Shown here: positions 29,299 through 36,663 of the stretch, piece after piece
Layout: every line of letters starts with the position of its first letter
How positions within the stretch are numbered: position 1 is the stretch's first letter
Virus record (IMG/VR): IMGVR_UViG_3300036982_000387
Location: 1-38,702 of that record
Length of the DNA stretch: 38,702 nt
Reading direction: 5' to 3' (one strand)
Source of the DNA: a virus
Taxonomy: Duplodnaviria; Caudoviricetes
Made by a program: the position numbers and the translations under genes
Notes under the pieces: model-generated
Seen by the model: only the letters and a program-made list of their open reading frames with translations
Told to the model about the DNA's origin: nothing
Database searches by the model: none

Positions 29299-29588
29299 AA
29301 TTCATCTTATGGATTGGTCGTTTTGTGCATGACTCGACTAGTGATAAGCCAAGCGTTAAACGGTTTGGATTGGCGATTACTGTTACTGTTTTATGCGGTG
29401 TTTTGTTTGGCCTGGGGGCTGTAATTGCTAAGGCTGTTGTAACGTCCGTAGGGCACGATCAAGTCGAGATGGTGCGCATAGCTAGCGAAACTTTTGTGTG
29501 GACTGCTACGGCCTTGCTTGGCACCGTTGGCGGTTCTTATGTGGCAGATAAAGCGCTTGGGAGAAAGTCGAATGACACAACTAACTGA
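29277..29588 (+). CDS. putative holin (2 TM)
   Basis: SVKRF followed by two TM helices and a charged tail; directly before the endolysin. Confidence 0.55.
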   Translation: MAESNKMKFILWIGRFVHDSTSDKPSVKRFGLAITVTVLCGVLFGLGAVIAKAVVTSVGHDQVEMVRIASETFVWTATALLGTVGGSYVADKALGRKSNDTTN

Positions 29589-29982
29589 AAACTTTAAGTT
29601 CAAAGAGTTAATCGTCACAAATACAGGAATCGACAACACTCCACCTAATCACATAATCGATAATCTTTACACATTGGCGCAGGCGTTAGAGAAGGTTCGC
29701 ACAGCTTGCGACAACAATCCTATTCGAGTTTTGAGCGGCTACCGCTCGCCAGACGTTAATTCGGCTGTCAAAGGCTCAAAGACTAGTGCGCATATGAAAG
29801 GCTTAGCTGCTGACTTTACGGTGGGCGGGATGACCATTAAAGACGTGTTCTATTTGCTGAGAAAATCCGGCATTGTTTACGATCAGCTTATACTTGAGCC
29901 GAGCTGGATACACATTGGCTTAGCTGCGACTCCACGCAAGCAAAACCTTATTTATGATGGTGGCAATTATGTTCCCGTTTAA
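29572..29982 (+). CDS. endolysin, peptidase M15A family
   Basis: LTENFKFKEL...SGYRSPDVNSAVKGSKTSAHMKGLAAD...DQLILE..WIHIG. Confidence 0.9.
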   Translation: MTQLTENFKFKELIVTNTGIDNTPPNHIIDNLYTLAQALEKVRTACDNNPIRVLSGYRSPDVNSAVKGSKTSAHMKGLAADFTVGGMTIKDVFYLLRKSGIVYDQLILEPSWIHIGLAATPRKQNLIYDGGNYVPV

Positions 29983-30475
29983 CATTAAGTTTGCTGCTAT
30001 AGCCTGCCTACTCGTTGCGTTTATTGCGTTTGCAATGCACTACGATCACTTAAAAGAAAAAGTAGAATTGCAAGAAGGCAAAATAGCGGAGCAGGTTGGC
30101 GAGATTGAAAGCAAAGATAATCTAATCAAAAAAGAGCGCGCCATGGCTAATGACGCAGCAAGCCGCGAACAAAAAACCGCAGACGACCTAAAGGTAAAAC
30201 AAGATGAATTTAAAAAATTGCGCGATTGTTTTGATGCTGGCAAGTGCGTTGTTAAGTTGCGGAACAGTACAAAAGAAACCGCAAATAGCGTGCCCAATAC
30301 CTCCAGCAGCGGATCAGAAACTTCTAGCGAAAATGCCGAATATACGCGAAGACTTGAGCAAGATTATATACGTCTCACCGAAACAATCGGATTAGTTGAG
30401 GTCAATTACGCTGCATTACAGCGCGAACTGATTGCACGATCTGATAGAGATTACTGCAATCCATCATCTCTGTAG
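29969..30475 (+). CDS. i-spanin (Rz-like)
   Basis: N-terminal TM followed by a coiled coil, after the endolysin. Confidence 0.75.
   Translation: MFPFNIKFAAIACLLVAFIAFAMHYDHLKEKVELQEGKIAEQVGEIESKDNLIKKERAMANDAASREQKTADDLKVKQDEFKKLRDCFDAGKCVVKLRNSTKETANSVPNTSSSGSETSSENAEYTRRLEQDYIRLTETIGLVEVNYAALQRELIARSDRDYCNPSSL
30204..30395 (+). CDS. o-spanin (Rz1-like lipoprotein) embedded in the i-spanin gene
   Basis: +1 frame; signal peptide with lipobox-like LLSC; Pro-rich CPIPP. Confidence 0.7.
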   Translation: MNLKNCAIVLMLASALLSCGTVQKKPQIACPIPPAADQKLLAKMPNIREDLSKIIYVSPKQSD

Positions 30476-30520
30476 CGAGCGGCGGCCTAACCAATGCAGG
30501 ATTAACGTCTAGCGGATTGT

Positions 30521-30542
30521 AAAAAGCCCCTTAATTGGGGCT
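30521..30542 (-). terminator. rho-independent terminator between convergent operons
   Basis: AGCCCC-TTAATT-GGGGCT with an A5 run on the left (U-tract on the minus strand). Confidence 0.7.
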
Positions 30543-30840
30543 AGTTCATACTCTTAGCAAGCGCGAACAATATTTTTTCAATGTTATCGTGCTTGTGCTT
30601 ATCCCAAAAAGCATCATCTGAAAATTTAGCTAGAATAATCCTAGTAATAGGCTCTTGCGCTTCAGTGCCAACCACTGCCAACAAAACCCCCTCTAAAATT
30701 ATCAACTTGTCAGTATCGCTAAACGCCGCTTTAGATGCTGCAGTTTTTTGCGATTGCTTAAAATTACGCACCTTGGCGCGCAGGTTCATGTTCTGGTTTT
30801 TGAGTTTGGTTAATTCTTCTTCGCGTATTTCAATTTTCAT
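30541..30840 (-). CDS. hypothetical protein
   Basis: ORF with RBS GAGG before ATG 30840. Confidence 0.65.
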   Translation of the reverse strand: MKIEIREEELTKLKNQNMNLRAKVRNFKQSQKTAASKAAFSDTDKLIILEGVLLAVVGTEAQEPITRIILAKFSDDAFWDKHKHDNIEKILFALAKSMN

Positions 30841-31081
30841 TATTTGTCCTCTTAAGTTTAGCATCTAGCTTTTTAGTGTTTGCGCCATTTTGGCCTCCAC
30901 GTTTTACCGCTTCGGCCTTGGCGTTGATGGTTTGAAACTCGGCAGTTTCACCGATTGCGCACTGTTTAATCTTGCCACCATTCGCTTTAAACCGTTCAAC
31001 GTCTTTAGCTAGTTGATCGTGCAAGCTAACGTTAATGCGGCTGAATACTATGTGTTTTGGTGGTAGCTCATCTGCTAGCAT
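30830..31081 (-). CDS. hypothetical protein
   Basis: RBS GAGGTG; VERFKANGGKIKQC motif. Confidence 0.65.
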   Translation of the reverse strand: MLADELPPKHIVFSRINVSLHDQLAKDVERFKANGGKIKQCAIGETAEFQTINAKAEAVKRGGQNGANTKKLDAKLKRTNNEN

Positions 31082-31089
31082 GTTTCACC

Positions 31090-31509
31090 TCACCAAGGAA
31101 TATCTTCAAGATCATCAAAACCCGCCGGAGCTTTTTGTGGTGCAACGGATTTAGCATAGGCCTGCTGCGCTGCGTCTGGCGCTCTTACTTGGCTTGGTGA
31201 TGCAATGTACTCAATGCGCGCGTTATTTAGTCCTAGTGTTATTTGTAGCCCTTGCTGGCCTTGGAACTCTTCTACCGCTATAGACTCGCCGGAAACAGTT
31301 ACCACTGCGCCTTCAATTAGATTTCCCGCGTAAAAGTCAATTTGCTGCTGATTCTTAGCAAATACAGCGGCTTGGTAGTTTGTCCACTTTTCTGACTTTG
31401 TTTTTCGGTCATAGTATTTAACACCGCCGCGAATACCGAAGCCAGTAGAGTCGCCAGCTTGGAATTGTTGAGCTGGCTTGTTAAGTTTAAAAACGACTGT
31501 ATGTGACAT
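31090..31509 (-). CDS. ssb: single-stranded DNA-binding protein
   Basis: OB-fold pattern with acidic C-terminal FDDLEDIPW. Confidence 0.85.
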   Translation of the reverse strand: MSHTVVFKLNKPAQQFQAGDSTGFGIRGGVKYYDRKTKSEKWTNYQAAVFAKNQQQIDFYAGNLIEGAVVTVSGESIAVEEFQGQQGLQITLGLNNARIEYIASPSQVRAPDAAQQAYAKSVAPQKAPAGFDDLEDIPW

Positions 31510-31517
31510 AATTTTAC

Positions 31518-32003
31518 CTATTTAATTCTGATTGATGATTGCCCGCGCTGCAGTGACGCGCCCGCGATTATTTTACCCTCTTTAATCGCTTTAGAAATTG
31601 CGATTTTATCGGGGGTTATTACTGTTTTAACGTTTAAAAATTCATCGGGTAGTGCGTGTTCGTCACTAATTGCCACCGACTCACGGCCAGCAACTAGAGT
31701 GACTGTAAAAAGCGGGCACTGAATTTTAGTGATTCCCGTGGACTCCATGTTGCGCAAAAGGTAATCTTTTAGCGAATCTTTGCGCGCCACTACCTGTTTT
31801 TTTCTTGCATTGAGCCGATCAATTGCCGCCTCGATTTTTTCAATATCGCCATCAATATCCAGCGCCCAAGACGCAAGCGAAACGGCTTTTTCTTGTATTG
31901 ATCCGCCAATTGCTTCTAGGGTATCCGCGATTGCTTGCGGGTCTAGTTCATCGTTGTTTGCCAATTCTAAGTATTGGCCTGTTAGTGTGTGCAGTGCTGT
32001 CAT
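31518..32003 (-). CDS. siphovirus Gp157-family protein
   Basis: DTLEAI...K...LKDYLLRNMESTG...PDKIAISKAIKEG..IAGA.L. Confidence 0.85.
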   Translation of the reverse strand: MTALHTLTGQYLELANNDELDPQAIADTLEAIGGSIQEKAVSLASWALDIDGDIEKIEAAIDRLNARKKQVVARKDSLKDYLLRNMESTGITKIQCPLFTVTLVAGRESVAISDEHALPDEFLNVKTVITPDKIAISKAIKEGKIIAGASLQRGQSSIRIK

Positions 32004-32737
32004 TTGGATAACTCCTCTAGTTTTAATTCAGACGCTTTGCTGATTGCAGCTATACCGCGCTCGCATATGTCTGTGATTGATTGTATTGACTTCTGGCGGC
32101 TTAGGTGAAGAACTGCGACCTTTGTTAGCCCCTTGGTCTCGCTCGCTGTCTTAGCGGATTCTATGGCCTCTTTGTTGCGAGTTACGTATTCAGTTGTTTC
32201 AAGTCTGCGCGCTGCAATTTCAGCATCACGATCGTTTGCGCGCTCTATTTGTTGCTCAACTTCTAGCGCTTGAACATATTCACGATCTTCAAACATGCCT
32301 GTAAAAATATCCGAACAAAAGCCAAGCATAGATAATGCCTTTTTAATCGCATCCATAAGTGACTTTTTCGGGGCTTCACCGTCATCACTTATGCCGTATT
32401 TGCTTTTGTAGATTGCTTGAGTGTGGCCGTACTGAGTGATTTCGCCGCGCTTACCGTCCTGGATAAACCAAAGCAGTATTTTAATCGTGTGCGTTTTCGA
32501 TTGTTCTAGCCGTGTTGATCCGTCATCTTGCTTGATTGTGATCATTGCGCCATTGTCCCAGCGCTCTTCAGCTACTTCCCAGCCCCAGCCAATGCCAACC
32601 ATACCAAACTTTTCAGTGGCCTGCTTTATCATCCAGTAGCCGTTAATGCTGGTTTGTTCGCGCCCGCCCTGATTACTGGTTTTTGTTGCGCTGGTATCGG
32701 TTTTAGATACCGACTGCCAAAACTCTAAATTATCCAT
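32000..32737 (-). CDS. putative single-strand annealing recombinase (Rad52-like)
   Basis: TSING...ATEKFG..GIGWG...EAPKKSLMDAIKKALSMLGF.SDIF.G; located next to gp157 and ssb. Confidence 0.65.
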   Translation of the reverse strand: MDNLEFWQSVSKTDTSATKTSNQGGREQTSINGYWMIKQATEKFGMVGIGWGWEVAEERWDNGAMITIKQDDGSTRLEQSKTHTIKILLWFIQDGKRGEITQYGHTQAIYKSKYGISDDGEAPKKSLMDAIKKALSMLGFCSDIFTGMFEDREYVQALEVEQQIERANDRDAEIAARRLETTEYVTRNKEAIESAKTASETKGLTKVAVLHLSRQKSIQSITDICERGIAAISKASELKLEELSK

Positions 32738-32747
32738 ATGTTACCCC

Positions 32748-32975
32748 TTAGTTAAAGCGCAACTTTGCCAAGATATTGCGCATAATTACATTAAATTTAC
32801 ATTTCTTATCATTAGGCTTTAAAACATGGCCGACTTTTGCATTGCCATATTTCAACCTTGACTCATAGAACTCATAAATCAAAACCGCTGCCGTTTCTGC
32901 GATGCAAAAAGCGGCCATCATGGAGATGGCGTAGAAAGATAGAATTACTAGATTCTCAAACATGATTAACTCCAC
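32748..32975 (-). CDS. small membrane protein
   Basis: Hydrophobic N-terminal half; part of the leftward operon. Confidence 0.55.
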   Translation of the reverse strand: MELIMFENLVILSFYAISMMAAFCIAETAAVLIYEFYESRLKYGNAKVGHVLKPNDKKCKFNVIMRNILAKLRFN

Positions 32976-33160
32976 AGAATTGCGCTTTTGTAAGCGTATT
33001 TAATCGAATAAAAAAGAAATGTGTCGTGCTTGCTAGTCCACATGGTATCGCCTTTTACATGAACGCCAATTAGTCGAGGCTTATACTGATTAATTAGCAT
33101 GTCCTCCCTGTCTGCCGTTTCGTAAAAGCTGAATTTATCATCTGGCACTAAGTGATCCAT
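32966..33160 (-). CDS. hypothetical protein, first gene of the leftward operon
   Basis: RBS GAGGG. Confidence 0.6.
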   Translation of the reverse strand: MDHLVPDDKFSFYETADREDMLINQYKPRLIGVHVKGDTMWTSKHDTFLFYSIKYAYKSAILWS

Positions 33161-33291
33161 TTTTTAACCCTCGTTTGTTTGTGTAATTGCAGAATAATAC
33201 ACTATATTGAGAATTGCAAACAAATTGCAAAAAACTTGCACAAATAAAAAAGCGTGTTATTATTAGTAAAACCAACCAACGAGGGTAAACA
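33161..33291. promoter_or_regulatory. divergent early promoter region
   Basis: Rightward TTGCAC (33236), 16 bp, TATTAT (33258) with TG extension. Leftward TTGCAA, 18 bp, TATAGT. TTGCA repeats at 33187, 33214, 33225 and 33236. Confidence 0.65.
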
Positions 33292-33462
33292 ATGAATCGC
33301 AAATGGGTAGGGCTAAACGAGTACACAGCTAAAAAAATGCAAGAAAAAATAGACGAGGCAAACGAGCAGCGCAAAGAGCTAGGCCGAAAGCCTATACGGG
33401 CTTGCGATTTTATGGCCGAGGCCGTTGACCGCGTAACAGTGGCGCAGTTAGTTAGGGTTTAA
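33292..33462 (+). CDS. small putative regulator (56 aa, RHH/Cro-position)
   Basis: Hand-translated MNRKWVGLNEYTAKKMQEKIDEANEQRKELGRKPIRACDFMAEAVDRVTVAQLVRV; RBS GAGGG; stop TAA lies within the first attC core. Confidence 0.65.
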   Translation: MNRKWVGLNEYTAKKMQEKIDEANEQRKELGRKPIRACDFMAEAVDRVTVAQLVRV

Positions 33463-33536
33463 CGCAAAGGTAAACGGCGCACGGAACGTGCGTCCAGTGG
33501 AGCGAAGCGGAGCGATGTTTGACCGCCTTGTTATGA
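33457..33536 (-). repeat. attC site (80 bp)
   Basis: Minus strand: TCATAAC-AAGGC-GGTCAAAC...GTTTACC-TTTGC-GTTAAAC. Confidence 0.9.
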
Positions 33537-33557
33537 CCAACATTTTGCAGGTGATTT

Positions 33558-33812
33558 ATGGACGGCTTTAAGATTTTAGAAATTGCACACAGAACCGCGT
33601 GGAAATATAAAAAGAGTAGTGACCCGCACCACTCGGACACATACACTTTTAACGAGCACACACTTATTGATTTTGTGCAGAAAGTTCAGACGCATTTAAT
33701 ATTAGATGAGAGAAATCGTTGCGCAGAACTAGCAAAAGATTTAGATAATGACGAAAACACATATGACTACAGGGCGGCAGCTAGATATATTGCTGAGCGC
33801 ATAGAGTCATAA
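33558..33812 (+). CDS. cassette hypothetical protein (84 aa)
   Basis: RBS AGGTGA; DERNRCAELA...AARYIAERI phage motif; TAA within the core site. Confidence 0.75.
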   Translation: MDGFKILEIAHRTAWKYKKSSDPHHSDTYTFNEHTLIDFVQKVQTHLILDERNRCAELAKDLDNDENTYDYRAAARYIAERIES

Positions 33813-33893
33813 CGCAGAGCGCAGCCGCGCGCATTTAATCAGTGATCATTTAGCCGATTTATGACGCGTCCGAGTTGCAGCGTATTGTTATTT
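33807..33893 (-). repeat. attC site (87 bp)
   Basis: Minus strand: AAATAAC-AATAC-GCTGCAAC...GCTGCGC-TCTGC-GTTATGA; slightly degenerate. Confidence 0.8.
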
Positions 33894-33937
33894 TTTGCTA
33901 CAGAGTGAATTATTTTCTATTTTGTAGTTTAAAAAGC

Positions 33938-33966
33938 TTTACATTCAATGTAATGTGTTTTAATAT
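33938..33966 (+). promoter_or_regulatory. cassette-internal promoter with palindromic operator
   Basis: TTTACA, 17 bp, TAATAT; TTACATT-C-AATGTAA (33939-33953) overlaps the -35. Confidence 0.65.
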
Positions 33967-34018
33967 ACATTCACTGACTAAGGAAATGGCTCCGAGGCAG
34001 AAACCAAGGTGAATAAAA

Positions 34019-34294
34019 ATGGCAAGATCAACAGTTAAAACAGTTCAAATTAAAGGCGTGGATTACATAGCTTCAATTGCTTCAAACGATGATAATAATT
34101 TGCGTAGCGCGTACTTGACACCGAAATTTGTTGTGGATGCTAACTTAGACGCTGAACATCCTGACTTTTGGAATCACATAAATTCAGAGATTGATGTCTG
34201 CCGTTTGGTTGACGCAACAGATGATGAAATTTTGGCGATGATTGATGCAAAAATTGAATTGATGCAATCAGACAGTCTTGAGAGCTTTTTCTAA
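34019..34294 (+). CDS. cassette hypothetical acidic protein (91 aa)
   Basis: RBS AGGTGA; TAATG-coupled to the next gene. Confidence 0.75.
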   Translation: MARSTVKTVQIKGVDYIASIASNDDNNLRSAYLTPKFVVDANLDAEHPDFWNHINSEIDVCRLVDATDDEILAMIDAKIELMQSDSLESFF

Positions 34295-34482
34295 TGAAAA
34301 CCGAGGCGCAGGCGAAAGCCTGCACTCTTTTAGAGTTTATTGATTTACATTTTGAAGGCAACCAAAGCGCGTTTGGCCGCGCTCAAGACGTTTCCCGCCA
34401 GCAAGTGCGCGAATGGGTTGATAAAGATTTTATTGTAGTAAATGGGAGGCTATACAGCCCACGGCGCGAACTGAAAACATAA
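34294..34482 (+). CDS. cassette small HTH (Cro-like) protein
   Basis: FEGNQSAFGRAQDVSRQQVREWV helix-turn-helix; TAA within the core site. Confidence 0.75.
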   Translation: MKTEAQAKACTLLEFIDLHFEGNQSAFGRAQDVSRQQVREWVDKDFIVVNGRLYSPRRELKT

Positions 34483-34560
34483 CGCCAAGTTCAGCCCGTG
34501 GCTGGGAGTAAGTAAATAATGGCCGATTCTAGCACCATCGGCTGAAACTTTTTGTTATGT
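34477..34560 (-). repeat. attC site (84 bp)
   Basis: Minus strand: ACATAAC-AAAAA-GTTTCAGC...GCTGAAC-TTGGC-GTTATGT. Confidence 0.9.
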
Positions 34561-34586
34561 GCAGGCTTGCTTGCGAGGATTTATAA

Positions 34587-34766
34587 ATGGAAGAAACAAA
34601 ATTAGAAAGTGCGGCATTCTTGATGGTTGATGCTTACCACAAAAATACAAAAATGATTGACGCATTGAACTATGTTGCAAGCAAAGAAACATGCAAAGGC
34701 GTTCCGTATAATGTTTTACAGGGTATGTGGATTGTTTTGGACGCTTACCATGAATCAAAAAAATAA
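34587..34766 (+). CDS. cassette hypothetical protein (59 aa)
   Basis: Hand-translated MEETKLESAAFLMVDAYHK...; RBS GAGG. Confidence 0.7.
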   Translation: MEETKLESAAFLMVDAYHKNTKMIDALNYVASKETCKGVPYNVLQGMWIVLDAYHESKK

Positions 34767-34783
34767 GCCGTTTTGACTGATAC

Positions 34784-34869
34784 ACATAACGCCAATATAA
34801 CTGGTGCGCTTTTCACAAGTGATTAGTGCACCTAACTTAAACCGCATCCAGTTCATATTCTTGTTATGT
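34784..34869 (-). repeat. attC site (86 bp)
   Basis: Minus strand: ACATAAC-AAGAA-TATGAACT-GGATGCG...CGCACC-AGTTATA-TTGGC-GTTATGT; two extrahelical bases. Confidence 0.9.
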
Positions 34870-34893
34870 GCTGGAACTTGAGATGATTTAGCT

Positions 34894-35097
34894 ATGGAAG
34901 AATTAATAACAGAAGTAAGAGCGTGGCTTAGGGCGCACGGCGATTACGATATAAAAATAAGTTTGCATGGTTTATACGGTGTTATTGAGGTTCGCGGTTT
35001 TAAATTGAATAGAGAGATTGCTTTTAGTAAGGGGCAGGATTTTAACAAGCACATAAAAATAGTGCTCGGAATTTTGATAGCCGATAGCACCACATAA
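34894..35097 (+). CDS. cassette hypothetical protein (67 aa)
   Basis: Fills the cassette; TAA within the core site. Confidence 0.7.
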   Translation: MEELITEVRAWLRAHGDYDIKISLHGLYGVIEVRGFKLNREIAFSKGQDFNKHIKIVLGILIADSTT

Positions 35098-35176
35098 CGC
35101 CAAGTTCAGCCCGTGGCGGGGAGTAAGAATTTAATTAGCCGTTGGTGCGACCATCGGCTGCAACTTTTTGTTATGT
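35092..35176 (-). repeat. attC site (85 bp)
   Basis: Minus strand: ACATAAC-AAAAA-GTTGCAGC...GCTGAAC-TTGGC-GTTATGT; close paralogue of 34477-34560. Confidence 0.9.
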
Positions 35177-35202
35177 GCAAGTTTTCTTGCGAGGATATTT
35201 AA

Positions 35203-35424
35203 ATGGGTAAAGTTATTCCGTTCAAAGGGAAAACAATGGTGGATATACCGCCTAGCCAAATTTTAGAAGCTGCGCCAAAAGACCTTTTATATGTTTTGGT
35301 GATTGGCATTGATAAAGATGGCGAGCGGTATTATGCCAGTTCTGAATCAGACTTAGGCCGCGCATTTTACGAGATGGAAAAGATGAAGTTGTTTGCGCTA
35401 GATGGCGGTGACGGCAACACATAA
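35203..35424 (+). CDS. cassette hypothetical protein (73 aa)
   Basis: RBS GAGG; KVIPF...ILEAA...VLVIGIDKDGERYYASS phage-type motif; TAA within the core site. Confidence 0.75.
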   Translation: MGKVIPFKGKTMVDIPPSQILEAAPKDLLYVLVIGIDKDGERYYASSESDLGRAFYEMEKMKLFALDGGDGNT

Positions 35425-35502
35425 CGCCGAGATTTGCGGCGGCTGGGAGTAATTAAACTGGGCGGCAATGTAGATTCCGTCCGCAAGATTGACTTGTTAC
35501 AT
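35419..35502 (-). repeat. attC site (84 bp)
   Basis: Minus strand: ATGTAAC-AAGTC-AATCTTGC-GGACGG...CCGCC-GCAAATC-TCGGC-GTTATGT. Confidence 0.9.
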
Positions 35503-35524
35503 TTACAAAACATGAGGATTTAAG

Positions 35525-35665
35525 ATGATTGGATTTACCCAGATTTATATTGACGATGATGGCTACCCAAGCGAAAGAGAAACGCAGTGGGCTGCAAGTG
35601 CGTTTGTGTTTCTGTTTTGGACTATTTACGTTGGCAAGGTGCGCCATGTGGGTGACATAAAATGA
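35525..35665 (+). CDS. cassette hypothetical protein (46 aa)
   Basis: Hand-translated MIGFTQIYIDDDGYPSERETQW...; RBS GAGG; ATGA overlap with the next gene. Confidence 0.6.
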   Translation: MIGFTQIYIDDDGYPSERETQWAASAFVFLFWTIYVGKVRHVGDIK

Positions 35666-35853
35666 CCGAGAAAGTTGTTTATTTAGCCTACTCACACAAA
35701 GAAGCCGCAACAGAATCAACTACTTTTCTTGCTTGTGCAAACTGCAAAAACAAGACGTTCTCAATAGTGTATGAGAACGAAAGCGAAATACCGCGAATGA
35801 AATGCGGTGCGTGTGGCTGGAATGGTGGGCGGATAGGTTTTCTTGATGAGTGA
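35662..35853 (+). CDS. cassette Zn-ribbon protein (63 aa)
   Basis: CANC...CGAC; TGA abuts the core site. Confidence 0.7.
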   Translation: MTEKVVYLAYSHKEAATESTTFLACANCKNKTFSIVYENESEIPRMKCGACGWNGGRIGFLDE

Positions 35854-35937
35854 ATGTAACGCCCGAATAACGGGCGCGCATACGGTGCCAGTAAAAACGC
35901 ATATTTCTACCGCGTCCCGTTCATTTGCTGGTTACAT
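35854..35937 (-). repeat. attC site (84 bp)
   Basis: Minus strand: ATGTAAC-CAGCA-AATGAACG-GGACGCG...CGCGCC-CGTTATT-CGGGC-GTTACAT. Confidence 0.9.
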
Positions 35938-35964
35938 TGTTTTTGCACTTTGTGAGGTTTTACG

Positions 35965-36660
35965 ATGATAAAAATGTTGAATATGGATTGCATGGAGTAC
36001 ATGCGAACCGTGCCAGACAAGTATTTTGATTTGGCTGTTGTTGATCCGCAGTATGGTCTTGGTGAGCATGGCGGAAAAAATAGAAGCAAAGCCGTTAGGC
36101 AAAAAAATGGCGGATCTCTAATGTGTGTTGATGGCGGATATTCAAAAAAGAATTGGGATGATGAGCCGCCTAAGCCAGAATATTTTGAAGAGCTATTACG
36201 AGTTTCTAAAAACCAAATAATTTGGGGTGCTAATTATATGCCTGCCAAATTAACGGGAGGCGCAATTGTTTGGGATAAGATTAATGATGGCTCAGATCAA
36301 AGCGGCGCAGAGATTGCTTTCTGCAGTTTAAACAATAGGGTTGATGTTGTTAGATACATGTGGCGCGGGATGATGCAGGGCGAAGGAATTGGGAGCGTTA
36401 AGCAGCAAGGCAACAAAGCGCTTAACGAGAAAAGAATTCACCCAACGCAAAAGCCGGTAAAGTTATACCAGTGGCTCTTGCAAAACTACGCTAAGCCAGA
36501 GTTTAAGATTTTAGACACACACCTTGGTAGCGGTTCTAGCGCGATTGCAGCGCATTACTTTGGTGTTGCTGAGTTTGTGGGTACTGAGCTAGATGAGGAT
36601 TACTACAAAGCTTGCTGTGAACGGTTTGAGAATGCCACGGCACAAGAAGCACTTTTTTAA
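35965..36660 (+). CDS. cassette DNA methyltransferase (N6-adenine/N4-cytosine, beta class)
   Basis: MDCMEYM...FDLAVVDPQYG, IHPTQKPVKLY, ILDTHLGSGS, GTELDEDY. Confidence 0.9.
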   Translation: MIKMLNMDCMEYMRTVPDKYFDLAVVDPQYGLGEHGGKNRSKAVRQKNGGSLMCVDGGYSKKNWDDEPPKPEYFEELLRVSKNQIIWGANYMPAKLTGGAIVWDKINDGSDQSGAEIAFCSLNNRVDVVRYMWRGMMQGEGIGSVKQQGNKALNEKRIHPTQKPVKLYQWLLQNYAKPEFKILDTHLGSGSSAIAAHYFGVAEFVGTELDEDYYKACCERFENATAQEALF

Positions 36661-36663
36661 ACA

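Noticed and set aside
33457-35937. CRISPR array, REP/BIME or plain terminator interpretation of the repeats
   Set aside because: The repeats are 80-87 bp, diverge in sequence but keep attC box structure, are separated by whole genes and lack consistent U-tracts; no cas genes are present.
33457-35937. attC sites in conventional plus orientation, downstream of each gene
   Set aside because: The 8-nt L box with the extra base follows R'' only on the minus strand, the paralogous sites share downstream rather than upstream flanks, and the last gene has no hairpin after it.
33452-36089. Minus-strand ORFs across the array (33452-33661, 34555-34785, 35453-35719, 35720-35902 and others)
   Set aside because: Most run into or through attC sites, and they lack clear RBSs and protein-like motifs; the plus-strand ORFs have RBSs and fit the cassette bounds.
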